From a virus, in IMG/VR virus record IMGVR_UViG_3300037466_003065, positions 96,001-160,000 of that record: a stretch of 64,000 nucleotides of DNA, one strand, 5' to 3'. Position 1 is the first letter of the stretch, and every line of letters begins with the position of its first letter. Shown one piece after another: positions 46,568 to 55,480 of the stretch. A program made the position numbers and the translations under genes. The notes under the pieces were generated by a model. The model worked only from the letters and a program-made list of their open reading frames with translations, ran no database searches and was not told where the DNA came from.

Positions 46568-47257
46568 TCAGTCGGTGATCACGTCGACCTCGACCCACGT
46601 CTGGTCTTCGAACGCGGCGTGGTCGGGCTCCGACCCGTCCATCGTGAGGCGGTACGCCACGTCCACGGCGAAGTATTTGCTGGTGTCGGGGTTGTGAATG
46701 GTGATGATGTCGTACCCCGGCTCTAGGCCGTTCAGCTCGCCGTACACGTCGATGTCGCGGGGGGACGACCAGACGGTCTTCGTGCCGTCCCGGGCGAACC
46801 AGATCACGTCGATGGCGTAGACGCGCACGTGCGTCGACATGTCGCCGTTGTCGCCGTAGTCGGCCCCGGCCTGGATCTCCACGCGGTCGACCGTGCTGCG
46901 GTGCTGGGCGGCGTCCGCACGGAACCCGTCCCAGTCGTCGCCGGTGGCGACGGCCCGGTCGTTGTCCACGTCGACGCGCATGCCTCCGAGCAGGTACTTG
47001 CCGCCCCACATGCTGTCGTAGGGGTCGACGTCCCAGTCGAAGTTCATGTCGACGGACGTGCTGTCGAAGCACCACGTGGTGTCGTCCGTCCAGTACGTCC
47101 CCTCGAACATGCTGCTGTCCGAGGGGTCGGAGTCGCCGGCGTGGTAGTAGATGCCGATCCGGTGCTCGGCCTGCGCGGAGTGCGGGACGAGGAACAGGGC
47201 TGCGAGGAACAGGGCCGAGAAGATCGTGGAAAGGGTGGTCTTGATTCGCTTGGTCAT
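46568..47257 (-). CDS. exported acidic beta-rich protein
   Basis: Signal peptide ending A-Q-A; D/W/Y-rich mature part. Confidence 0.75.
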   Translation of the reverse strand: MTKRIKTTLSTIFSALFLAALFLVPHSAQAEHRIGIYYHAGDSDPSDSSMFEGTYWTDDTTWCFDSTSVDMNFDWDVDPYDSMWGGKYLLGGMRVDVDNDRAVATGDDWDGFRADAAQHRSTVDRVEIQAGADYGDNGDMSTHVRVYAIDVIWFARDGTKTVWSSPRDIDVYGELNGLEPGYDIITIHNPDTSKYFAVDVAYRLTMDGSEPDHAAFEDQTWVEVDVITD

Positions 47258-47437
47258 ACGGATTCCTTGAAGTCGAGAGACTGAACGAACGGTCAGTTGG
47301 TCTGGTACACGCGGAGACGGTGCATCTCGGCCGACTTGATGGTGGCGTCACCATCCTCCATGTCGATGAGATTCCATGCAGCCACCCCGAAGGTGACCAG
47401 ACCGATGAGTGCCAGGTACATGATGGCTCCTTAAAGG

Positions 47438-47477
47438 AGCGGGCGGCGAGGTGAATGGCCACTGCTCGCCGCCCGCT
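47438..47477 (-). terminator. 13-bp perfect hairpin, terminator-like
   Basis: AGCGGGCGGCGAG (47438-47450) / CTCGCCGCCCGCT (47465-47477); short U-run on minus. Confidence 0.55.
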
Positions 47478-47738
47478 TGTCGTAGAAGGTGGGGGTTCGC
47501 TATCCGGGACGTAGCCGGATCGCCGGTTTACGCCGCCTCCCTCGTGCGTTCACACGGGGCTACGGCGCGGCGACGCGTCATGGGAGATCCTCCAGATTCG
47601 GGCTGCCCGCTCGGTGGCACACGGGTCATTCCTACCCACCGATCCATTTCAACAATGGAGTTGTTGTGTCGCGGAGATTAGAGCTTCATACTGCACCTCC
47701 GTTTCGTTCGCGCTGTGGCGTGGATTATGTGAGCCGAA

Positions 47739-47766
47739 AGCGTATCGTGCCCACTCCTAATGTCAA
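47739..47766 (-). promoter_or_regulatory. sigma70-type promoter
   Basis: Minus strand TTGACA-N16-TACGCT directly after the stop of the upstream gene. Confidence 0.55.
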
Positions 47767-47771
47767 GCGGA

Positions 47772-47999
47772 TTACGAGTGGCGTTCGTGCAGGCGGGCCT
47801 CGCCCCGGCTGATCGCGAACTCGGCGTCGTCCTTGGCCCGCTGCCACCGCGACCAGGAGTCGGGGTAGCCCTTCTGCTCGAAGATCGCGAGGGCCTCCTC
47901 GGCCGTCTTCTTTATCTTCTGGCAGTCGCGGGAGTTGAGGGCCCGCGTCAGCTTGGACTTGAGCTGGGAGAGCTCGGACTGGGTGAGCGTGTAGGGCAT
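47772..47999 (-). CDS. small conserved phage protein
   Basis: GYPDSWSRWQRAKDDA motif; AGGAGG RBS. Confidence 0.75.
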   Translation of the reverse strand: MPYTLTQSELSQLKSKLTRALNSRDCQKIKKTAEEALAIFEQKGYPDSWSRWQRAKDDAEFAISRGEARLHERHS

Positions 48000-48010
48000 C
48001 GGCCTCCTGG

Positions 48011-48325
48011 TCAGGTGTGGATGAAGTAGGCGGTCGGGTTGTGGTTCTCCCGGTCGATCTCGAGCCGGCGTTCGTGCTCCTCCCACCGTCGCCGGCCCTC
48101 GGCGACCGCGGGAACGCCCGACAGCGTCTTCTCGATCCCGTCGCGAGTGATGCCGAGCACCATAACCGGGCGCAGGTGATCCTCGGCCTTGACTCGCCAC
48201 TCCTCCCTGACCTCCTCGCTGGCACACATCCATGCCGGCGGGTGTTGGTTTGCCCGCCTCGCATCGTCGAGGTAAAGGGTGAAGGCGACGTAGTCGAGGA
48301 ACGTGAACTTGAACTCTTTGGGCAT
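48011..48325 (-). CDS. hypothetical protein
   Basis: 104 aa; AGGAGA RBS. Confidence 0.65.
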   Translation of the reverse strand: MPKEFKFTFLDYVAFTLYLDDARRANQHPPAWMCASEEVREEWRVKAEDHLRPVMVLGITRDGIEKTLSGVPAVAEGRRRWEEHERRLEIDRENHNPTAYFIHT

Positions 48326-49383
48326 CAGTGGTCTCCTAACGTGTGAATGAGGGCCGCCATGTGTTCCCGAGCATCGTCGACGCTATACGCGGGTGGGTGG
48401 TCGCGGCCCATGTGGGGGCGGTACCAGTTTGGGCACCGTTCCTTGTGCATGATGGTGACGTGGTTCCGAGAGGTCGTGTACAACAGGAAGGGCTGCCCCT
48501 TCACGACTCCGCTGGCGAGCCAATCGTTCACCATGTTCTTGCCTCGCATCCGCTTGGTCGGGTCGACCTTGCGGTACTTGAGGTAGATGGTGCGTTCGTG
48601 GTGGCCCCAGCTTTCGTGGCTGCGGTTGGATCCGCCGTAGTTGGACAGCGAGCGGCACACACCCACGTACTCCATCTCGGGCCGGCGCCGCACGTTGTCG
48701 AGCGCGTGCTTTGCATCGATCACGGAGTCGCAGGGGAACAGTACCCAGGCAGCCTTGGGGTTGGTGCGGCCGTTCCATTCCTCGTGAACGGCCTGACCCC
48801 AGCCCGACATGAACGTGTCCTTGGCGAATACGTAAAACCTCGCCCTGGGCACGTTCCACCACCCGCCGGCCACAGTGTCCAGTGGCTCGGGCGGGTAGAG
48901 TAGCGGCCGGGCCGACACCACGCTGCACTCCCTGATGGGAAGGTAGTGCACCCTCCGTTTCGGGGCGTGGTGCTGATCCCATGTGTAGTATTCGAGGATC
49001 AACTCGTCGAGCGTGATGGGCGTCTTGCGTAGGGGTGTGCGGTCGTAAAAGGCCCGGCAATACCCCACCACCTTGAAGCAGATGCCCTCGTCCCAGTACG
49101 GGCGAGGGAGGTAGTCGCCGTTCATGGTGGTCTCGCGGCCCGGGTTGGTTCGCATCACGTACTGGCCGATGCGGGGAACCGTGGCCTCGATCCGTTTGAA
49201 CCACCGCACCACCTCGCCGGGCTTGATACGAATGGCCGGCGACGTGGCACGCTCGAAGTCATCCTTGGGCAGAATCTGGGCGAGCCCGTCGTGCCGCTTA
49301 AACCAGATCTCCCTGCTGCCGCCACGCAAGAACCGCGAGTTGTTCGACGGCACGTACTTGAACTTGACGCGGATAGGCTTCAT
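48325..49383 (-). CDS. hypothetical protein
   Basis: Start MKPIRV coupled to the upstream TGA; contains YVFAKDTFMSGWG. Confidence 0.7.
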   Translation of the reverse strand: MKPIRVKFKYVPSNNSRFLRGGSREIWFKRHDGLAQILPKDDFERATSPAIRIKPGEVVRWFKRIEATVPRIGQYVMRTNPGRETTMNGDYLPRPYWDEGICFKVVGYCRAFYDRTPLRKTPITLDELILEYYTWDQHHAPKRRVHYLPIRECSVVSARPLLYPPEPLDTVAGGWWNVPRARFYVFAKDTFMSGWGQAVHEEWNGRTNPKAAWVLFPCDSVIDAKHALDNVRRRPEMEYVGVCRSLSNYGGSNRSHESWGHHERTIYLKYRKVDPTKRMRGKNMVNDWLASGVVKGQPFLLYTTSRNHVTIMHKERCPNWYRPHMGRDHPPAYSVDDAREHMAALIHTLGDH

Positions 49384-49739
49384 CACGCCTCCACGGTTGA
49401 GGGCTTGATCTTGTCGAGGGCCACCTGCAGGAGCCGCCGGTTCCACGGCCTGCTCTGGTCATCAAAGACGTACGTCCGCTCCAAATGTCGCATGATGCAC
49501 CACATCGGCCGGCCCAGGTTGGCCTCGACCATCATGGGTGCCTTCTGCTTCCAGCTCTTGGCCCAGCCCTCGCGGCTGTACGTCTCCCACTGTTCCGTCC
49601 GGCGGTTGAACACCTTGAAGGTGTCCGGGCCGGTCTGGGCCACGAGGGCGCCGACGTACTTGCCCTCGCCGACCCTCCAGTCGCCGGTGTGGTGGATGAT
49701 CTCGGACGGCTTGGCCTCACGCAGCAGTGACTCTTTCAT
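49383..49739 (-). CDS. hypothetical protein
   Basis: 118 aa; GAGGCATC RBS. Confidence 0.7.
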   Translation of the reverse strand: MKESLLREAKPSEIIHHTGDWRVGEGKYVGALVAQTGPDTFKVFNRRTEQWETYSREGWAKSWKQKAPMMVEANLGRPMWCIMRHLERTYVFDDQSRPWNRRLLQVALDKIKPSTVEA

Positions 49740-49834
49740 TGATGCCTCACATTATTCGGTTGTGCACAAAAGAAGGAGGCCGGCGACACGCCGGCCTCGG
49801 TAGGGCTCACGATCTGTCACGATGCTTGTCGGGC

Positions 49835-50155
49835 TTATCCTCCCGTCTTGGTTGGGTGGTAAAGGTTGAACCGTTCGCGATTCGCCAGCAGGAAGGCGTT
49901 GACCCATTCGCGGGCCGGGGCGCCGGCGTGTTTATCGGTGATGCCGTTCAGGGAGTTGATCTCGGTCTCCAGCGTGTAGTTGACGTCGATGACGGGGATG
50001 TCGCCCGCGTCCTTGTGGTACGCTTCCTCGTCGTCCATGTCACAGATGAATCCGTCGCCGGTCGAGAGTAGGAGCGTCAGCGAGTGCAGCTCCACGTCAC
50101 CATCCCACCCGACTACGAACAGTTGCAGGTCTTTTATCGATGCGATCTCTGGCAT
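49835..50155 (-). CDS. acidic hypothetical protein
   Basis: Start MPEIAS after AGGAGGCATC. Confidence 0.7.
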   Translation of the reverse strand: MPEIASIKDLQLFVVGWDGDVELHSLTLLLSTGDGFICDMDDEEAYHKDAGDIPVIDVNYTLETEINSLNGITDKHAGAPAREWVNAFLLANRERFNLYHPTKTGG

Positions 50156-50163
50156 GATGCCTC

Positions 50164-50490
50164 CTAGTTGCGGACGAGGTAGTCGCCCAAGAACCTGTAC
50201 GGCGAGAAGCAGGGCACGCCGTTGAAGTTGAACAGCCGCACGAATGTGCCCTTCATGCGGTAGGTCTGGGTGCCCACGGTCTGATAGATGATCTCGTCGC
50301 CTCGCCGCGTGCACCCGAGGTACCTCACGCAGTCGCCGGCCCGGAGGCGGATCACGCCGTTCTCGGTGTACAGATCCAGCACCTTGCCCGGCCTGACCGT
50401 GTAGTACCCGGCCTTCCACTTGTTGGCGTTGCGCTCGAGCAGGTGCTCCACTTGGGCCCGGCTCAAGGTCTCCTGTTGTTCGTTGCTCAC
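50164..50490 (-). CDS. hypothetical protein
   Basis: GTG start after AAGGAGAG. Confidence 0.7.
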   Translation of the reverse strand: MSNEQQETLSRAQVEHLLERNANKWKAGYYTVRPGKVLDLYTENGVIRLRAGDCVRYLGCTRRGDEIIYQTVGTQTYRMKGTFVRLFNFNGVPCFSPYRFLGDYLVRN

Positions 50491-50530
50491 GTGCTCTCCT
50501 TCAAAGCGTCCTGCTAAAAGGCCCCGGGGG

Positions 50531-50779
50531 TTAGCCCGGGGCCACGACCTTCTCGTACTCCGGCATCGATGCGAAGGCGCCGGTGTGCATCATGTACGCA
50601 CGCCACCCCGGATAACTCACCCAGTGCAGCTCGTACCTGCTGTACAGGCCCTGCTTCTGCTCCCAAGTGCTAGTAGCCTCGAGACCGACGATACGACAGT
50701 CCGCCTCGGTCGCGCCGGTCAGTCGGAGGTTGTCGGCGTGCAGCCGGGGGATCTCCTCCGGCTTTGCGCGGGAGATCAT
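50531..50779 (-). CDS. hypothetical protein (start uncertain)
   Basis: Protein-like C-terminal part; overlaps the tail of the upstream ORF. Confidence 0.5.
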   Translation of the reverse strand: MISRAKPEEIPRLHADNLRLTGATEADCRIVGLEATSTWEQKQGLYSRYELHWVSYPGWRAYMMHTGAFASMPEYEKVVAPG

Positions 50780-50954
50780 TCGCTGGAACCCGGGCGGGAA
50801 AGGGGGCGGGGCCGCTGGGGACGCGTTTGACCTTGCCGTCGTTGTGTCCACGGATGAAGAGCTCCCTGAGTTTGGCGTTGCGGTAAGGATTGAGTCCGCG
50901 GCCGGTCATGCCGGCCTTGAACCCACGGCTATACGCCTTCTTGCGGCGTGTCAT
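50670..50954 (-). CDS. ribosome modulation factor (RMF)-like protein
   Basis: AYSRGFKAGMTGRGLNPY...LFIRGHNDG parallels the RMF pattern A..RGYQAG..GRS...CPY......W..GW; no strong RBS seen. Confidence 0.55.
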   Translation of the reverse strand: MTRRKKAYSRGFKAGMTGRGLNPYRNAKLRELFIRGHNDGKVKRVPSGPAPFPARVPANDLPRKAGGDPPAARRQPPTDRRDRGGLSYRRSRGY

Positions 50955-51037
50955 GCTGACTTGATTCCAACCTGCCACTGAACCTCCTCGAAGAGGGTGA
51001 TTGGTACCCCTATTGTGCGGCACTTTACTGCCCCCCA

Positions 51038-51448
51038 TTAGTAACCGCCAGTGCCCGCACTCTGATCCTTCTGGTCTGCGAGCTCGGCGGAAGATTGCAT
51101 GGCCCGGTTGCTGCGAAGCGCGACCCATTCGGCCTCGACCTTGTTGGCGGCCTCGATGTCGATCAGGCGACGGATCTCTCGCTCGATCGCCTCGCGTGCC
51201 TCCCCCTCAGTGCGGGCGTGGCCTTGGGCGGTGGCCTTGGGCAGCTTGTAGATCTTCGTGCCGACGTGGGTGACCGGGATCAGCCACCACTGCCAGCGGC
51301 CGCCACGCTTCTTGTACGCCGCTACGTGGCCGGTCAGGGTGTGCCCGGCCGGGTAGTAGAGGCTGAGTGTGCCGTTGCCCCAGCGGAACAGGCAGGGGCC
51401 GACGACGAAGTCCACCTTGCGGGGTGGGGGTAATGATGTGCTCATCAA
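51038..51448 (-). CDS. hypothetical protein
   Basis: 136 aa; GAGGAGG RBS. Confidence 0.65.
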   Translation of the reverse strand: MMSTSLPPPRKVDFVVGPCLFRWGNGTLSLYYPAGHTLTGHVAAYKKRGGRWQWWLIPVTHVGTKIYKLPKATAQGHARTEGEAREAIEREIRRLIDIEAANKVEAEWVALRSNRAMQSSAELADQKDQSAGTGGY

Positions 51449-52137
51449 TCATCCTCCTCGTTGTGCCCGAACCGGCGGCGCCGCTGGTCGGGATCGTTGG
51501 GGCATCCGGTCTCGTGGATCGCCACACCGTTGACGCACATCGCCTGGCACTGGCTGCAGCCCACGCGGTAGCCGTGCCCGCGGCCGTTGGAACGGATCTT
51601 GTCGAACCCGCGGCTCCGCAGACTGCTGCCGAGTTGCTCGTGCTCGTGCTGTGTCGCTGCTCGTGCCATGGTCAGGACACTGTCGACGTGGTACGTCTCG
51701 ATGAAGCCGACACCTGCGGCCGCAGGGTCTTCGACGAACACGTAGTCGTTCTCGACCTTGGCCAAGAGGCTGCGGTGGTTCTCGGCCAGCTTTGCGAACT
51801 CGTCCCGGTTCTTGAAGTCGAGCAGCTCCTTGCCGGCCTCGTTGCGCCACGTGATGTGGTGGTCGACGGGGGCGGGGCAGGTGCAGTCGCCACACACCCT
51901 GACCGTGTCGCGACCGGCGGGATCGGCGTACAGCTCCTGGGCGGCGGCCAGCGGCATCCTGCCCTCCACGACCCAGTAGTACCAGGCCCTGCGGAACTTG
52001 AAAGGCCCCAGCTCGCCGACGAGGGAGTAGGGAACCTCGCCGGTGTTCTGGGATACCTCCACGATCGGGATGCGGGCGTGCTCCAGCTCTTTCCGGATCG
52101 CCCGGTCACACTCCCTGTTGCCTGCTAAGTTTTCCAT
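51445..52137 (-). CDS. two-module phage hypothetical protein
   Basis: GEVPYSLVG...FRRAWYYWVV module plus a C-terminal CSQC...NG...HETGCP module. Confidence 0.75.
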   Translation of the reverse strand: MENLAGNRECDRAIRKELEHARIPIVEVSQNTGEVPYSLVGELGPFKFRRAWYYWVVEGRMPLAAAQELYADPAGRDTVRVCGDCTCPAPVDHHITWRNEAGKELLDFKNRDEFAKLAENHRSLLAKVENDYVFVEDPAAAGVGFIETYHVDSVLTMARAATQHEHEQLGSSLRSRGFDKIRSNGRGHGYRVGCSQCQAMCVNGVAIHETGCPNDPDQRRRRFGHNEEDD

Positions 52138-52155
52138 GATGTCCTTTTGATGGTG

Positions 52156-52494
52156 TTAGGTCGGGGTCAGCCCCAACGCCTGCAGCCACTCCAGCTTGAG
52201 CTCGTAGAACAAGCCGTCGATTGATCGATGCTTCGCCCTCGCAAAGCTGTGCAGCACCGTGAACCCGTGCTGTGCGGCGAGCTTGGCGTGGTAGTCCATT
52301 CGCACATCCACCGGCTGGTTATCCTCGGGGCCGAATAGGGCGTCGAGGCCGTGGTAGTAATGTGCGAACACGTGGGCCAGGATACACCCACATGGCCTGC
52401 GCATCTCGAGCCGGTCGGGCACGATGCTTTGACGCCATCCGGGCTTCTTTTGGTCGAGCAGGGCCATGCCTGCCTTGATCTGATCCTCGAACAC
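52156..52494 (-). CDS. conserved phage hypothetical protein (paralog of 53015..53329)
   Basis: GMALLD.K.P.W......L.M...C.L; GGAGGCATC RBS. Confidence 0.75.
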   Translation of the reverse strand: MFEDQIKAGMALLDQKKPGWRQSIVPDRLEMRRPCGCILAHVFAHYYHGLDALFGPEDNQPVDVRMDYHAKLAAQHGFTVLHSFARAKHRSIDGLFYELKLEWLQALGLTPT

Positions 52495-52506
52495 GATGCC
52501 TCCGGG

Positions 52507-52782
52507 TTAGATCTCGATGTCGCGGTACGTGACGATCCGCTCCTTGAGCAGCAGCCCCCCGAGCGAAAACGTGGTGCTGCACGCCTCGCGGGCCGCTCGG
52601 TCATCCTCGGCCCTGAACTCGAACACGGGGTCGAGCTGGTCGGGGGCCAGCAGTACGTACGTCTTCCAGCTCCTGACCTCCTGGCTCAGGGCGAACCAGC
52701 CGTCCGGGCCCATGGCGTCGCTGAGGCCGTACCACCGCTTCTTGCGGATCTCTTCGACTTTGTTGCGGGTGTCGCTGTTCAC
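52507..52782 (-). CDS. hypothetical protein
   Basis: GTG start MNSDTR after AAGGA. Confidence 0.6.
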   Translation of the reverse strand: MNSDTRNKVEEIRKKRWYGLSDAMGPDGWFALSQEVRSWKTYVLLAPDQLDPVFEFRAEDDRAAREACSTTFSLGGLLLKERIVTYRDIEI

Positions 52783-53018
52783 GATGCATTCCTTTCGGGT
52801 TGTCCCACGTCCCAACCCGTCGCGGTGCGGGTGAAGACATAGGTGAACGTGCCGTCCACGTCGTACTGGGCCAGCTTAACCTTCTGGCTGTCCAGCCGGT
52901 TCAGGCTCAGGGTGGCGCCGAGCTGCTGATACGCCTCGTCGATGTCGCGGGCGGGGGTCAGGTTCGACGCCACGACCCTCGTGCGGTCGTTCATGACGAC
53001 GGTGAAAACTGCATTCAC
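52779..53018 (-). CDS. hypothetical protein
   Basis: GTG start after AAGGAGG. Confidence 0.65.
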   Translation of the reverse strand: MNAVFTVVMNDRTRVVASNLTPARDIDEAYQQLGATLSLNRLDSQKVKLAQYDVDGTFTYVFTRTATGWDVGQPERNAS

Positions 53019-53329
53019 GGTGCCTCCTTGGCCAACTGCCGTCGCCACTCCTCCTCGAGCCACGCGAACTGCGTCTCCATGCTGGCGATCCGATCGAACG
53101 TCACCGTGAACCCGTGCTGCTTGGCGATCAGGGTGTGGCCCTCAAACGTTTTGGGCTCGGGGCCGAACAGCACCTCCAGCCCACCCAAGTAGGTGCCGTA
53201 CAACTGGCCCAGGACGCAGCACAGGCCGTTGCTCATGTTGAGGCGCTCGAGGTAGACCTTCTCGCGCCAGTTCGCGGGGCCCTTCGAATTGAGCAGGGCC
53301 ATTCCGTTCTTCACGTAGGACTCGATCAT
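53015..53329 (-). CDS. conserved phage hypothetical protein (paralog of 52156..52494)
   Basis: Start MIESYV after AAGGAGACATC. Confidence 0.75.
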   Translation of the reverse strand: MIESYVKNGMALLNSKGPANWREKVYLERLNMSNGLCCVLGQLYGTYLGGLEVLFGPEPKTFEGHTLIAKQHGFTVTFDRIASMETQFAWLEEEWRRQLAKEAP

Positions 53330-53345
53330 GATGTCTCCTTTCGAT

Positions 53346-53555
53346 TCAGCGGCTGCTACGCCGCACACTGACCACGTCGTAGCGAATGGCCATGTTGGGC
53401 ACCGGCTCGAACCCACAGGTCTCGGCGGGGGCGACGATCGCCTCTTGGCCAGTCCCACACAGCTTGACCCGAAGGTTACCACCCACGGGCCCGATCAACT
53501 CGGCACGCTGGTCGCAGGGCATTCCTACGGCCTCGGCCTTGACCCAGATGACCAC
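53346..53555 (-). CDS. small hypothetical protein
   Basis: GTG start with its own AAGGAG RBS. Confidence 0.55.
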   Translation of the reverse strand: MVIWVKAEAVGMPCDQRAELIGPVGGNLRVKLCGTGQEAIVAPAETCGFEPVPNMAIRYDVVSVRRSSR

Positions 53556-53558
53556 GGC

Positions 53559-53831
53559 CTACTCCTTGGTGTACATGACGCAGATCTGGATGCCCGGCAG
53601 GACTTGGAAGTCCGAGGCCACGGTCTTGCCCTCGAGCAGGGTCTGCTGGATTTGCGGCGCGGGGGCCCGGTACGTGTCGAGGCGATCCATGCCCAAGGTG
53701 AGCGGGCGGCCGATGGTTCTGGTCTCCAACAGCTCGCGAATCGCCTCCTGCAAGGGCAAATGCCACTCCTCGGTATGGATCGTGGCACCCGACCCCTTCT
53801 CCTCGATCTTCAGCGTCTTTCGGATCTTCAC
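53559..53831 (-). CDS. small hypothetical protein
   Basis: GTG start after AAAGGAGCATC. Confidence 0.65.
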   Translation of the reverse strand: MKIRKTLKIEEKGSGATIHTEEWHLPLQEAIRELLETRTIGRPLTLGMDRLDTYRAPAPQIQQTLLEGKTVASDFQVLPGIQICVMYTKE

Positions 53832-53848
53832 GGTGATGCTCCTTTCGA

Positions 53849-54151
53849 TTATGCCCCCGCGGCAGTGTTGAGGATCTTCTCGAAGACGTGACGCAGGTGT
53901 GCGGGGGCTCCGAGCATGACCTTCGCGGCCTCCTCATGCTCGCCAACGCACAGGTCTTCGAGCTCTTGTTTGCCGAGCGTGGCTAGCCACCCGTCCAAGG
54001 ATAAGGCAACGTCGAACGACATGTCGCCCAGATCGATGCGCAGGCGATCCAGTTCTTTCTTTTCGGTGGTGAGGCGGTTGATGGCCCCTTGGTCGCACAT
54101 GATCAGCAGCACGGCCTTGGCCAGGCTGGGGAGGCGTTTGAACTCGATCAC
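53849..54151 (-). CDS. hypothetical protein
   Basis: WL..L...EL..LC.GE motif; AAAGGAG RBS. Confidence 0.7.
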   Translation of the reverse strand: MIEFKRLPSLAKAVLLIMCDQGAINRLTTEKKELDRLRIDLGDMSFDVALSLDGWLATLGKQELEDLCVGEHEEAAKVMLGAPAHLRHVFEKILNTAAGA

Positions 54152-54169
54152 CGATTCATCTCCTTTCGT

Positions 54170-54478
54170 TTACTTGACGACGTTGGTGGATATGAACCCG
54201 CGGGTGCCCAGGATGCGGTTGGCGTACATCAGGTTGTTGTGGTCGCCCTTGCGGATCGCCTCGTCGGCCTTGGCGGCCCACTCGAGGTAGAGCAGGGACA
54301 TCGCTACGTTGCCCTCCCGCTCGAGTGATTCGGCGTACGCCAGCATGCCCGCGGCCGCGTTGGTGAGGTTGGCGTACAGGCGGGTGTGTGGGGCGTGCTC
54401 GTGCAGCGGCCGGGGCCGGGCCTGCTGTTCCATGGCTTCTCGCAATGATCCTCGCAGGTGGTATGGAAGCTCAGCCAC
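54170..54478 (-). CDS. hypothetical protein
   Basis: GTG start after AAGGAGG. Confidence 0.65.
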   Translation of the reverse strand: MAELPYHLRGSLREAMEQQARPRPLHEHAPHTRLYANLTNAAAGMLAYAESLEREGNVAMSLLYLEWAAKADEAIRKGDHNNLMYANRILGTRGFISTNVVK

Positions 54479-54761
54479 GTTGGGCCTCCTTTCGAATCAA
54501 CAACCACGGTGCGTTCACGCTCGTCCAGATCCTCACGATGATCTGGCCGCCCGTGTGCATCATGATGGACTTCTCGTGCTCGGTCTCCTCGAGCACGGAC
54601 TCGTAGCCTGGCCGGGGCACGCGGGGCAGGCCGTGGGCCTTGGCGATCTTGCCCGCCCGCTGTGGCAACTCCATCAGGGCGCCGCCGGTGGTGATGTAAT
54701 TGAACGCCTTCTCCAGCTCGGCCGGGGACAGCATGGCTTCGACCTTGAGCGGTGTACGCAT
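54471..54761 (-). CDS. hypothetical protein
   Basis: 96 aa; AAAGGAGA RBS. Confidence 0.7.
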   Translation of the reverse strand: MRTPLKVEAMLSPAELEKAFNYITTGGALMELPQRAGKIAKAHGLPRVPRPGYESVLEETEHEKSIMMHTGGQIIVRIWTSVNAPWLLIRKEAQRG

Positions 54762-54824
54762 AGGTCTCCTTTCGATTGTGCTTGCGCGGGGGCCCGCGGA
54801 GCGTTCCCCACCTCAGACAGGACA

Positions 54825-55148
54825 TCACTCCTCCTCAATGGGAGCCAGCACCATAGTAATCCTGGCCCACCTCCCGTAACGCTCCCTCATCTGCTGGGCG
54901 ATGCTCTCCAACTCGCCGAGGTCTCTGATCTCTTTGTCCTCGGTGTGGACTTCGCGGTCGTCGGATAAGGCGGGGATGACGACGGTGACGGTGAGCTTCT
55001 GCATGGGGCTCTCCTTGCTGGCATGATCGAGCAGGTAAGTGATCAGGTCGGCGTTGGAGTCGAGGTGGTGCTTGGTACGGATGGCCTCGACCCGATCCCG
55101 GATCGCGTTGCCTGGGTCGCTGATCTCGATGGTGTAGCGGTTCAGCAT
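54825..55148 (-). CDS. possible ribbon-helix-helix DNA-binding protein
   Basis: N-terminal beta-helix-helix pattern YTIEIS...IRDRVEAIRTKHHLDSNADLITYLLD; no obvious SD. Confidence 0.5.
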   Translation of the reverse strand: MLNRYTIEISDPGNAIRDRVEAIRTKHHLDSNADLITYLLDHASKESPMQKLTVTVVIPALSDDREVHTEDKEIRDLGELESIAQQMRERYGRWARITMVLAPIEEE

Positions 55149-55480
55149 AACTGTACTCGTAACAGTAATATCTCAGACCGACTGTACTGGTAATCTGTAC
55201 TGGTTTGTCGTAACTCCTTTGGTGATATGGACTTGTGTAGGATGCCCCGGTACATCGCCTGTGCTGTAACCCCTTGTGGTTCCTCCAGTTATGAGTGGTG
55301 TGTGCAAGTCGTGGTGGTGGCGGTGGTTACGTGAGGTTGCGAAGAGTTGTGATCGTTGGTTGACATGGACTTAGGTACAGATGGGTGTGGCCGGGGCATA
55401 CAGGGCACGCTACCCCACCAATACCCGAACCCGCCACCTGACCCCGCGTCGGCATCCCATGCTACCATACCGCTACGCAC

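Noticed and set aside
53346-53831. Amber read-through joining two in-frame ORFs (tempting given the CUA tRNA-like element)
   Set aside because: The downstream ORF has its own AAGGAG RBS 6 nt before its GTG, and TAG ends several other genes normally.
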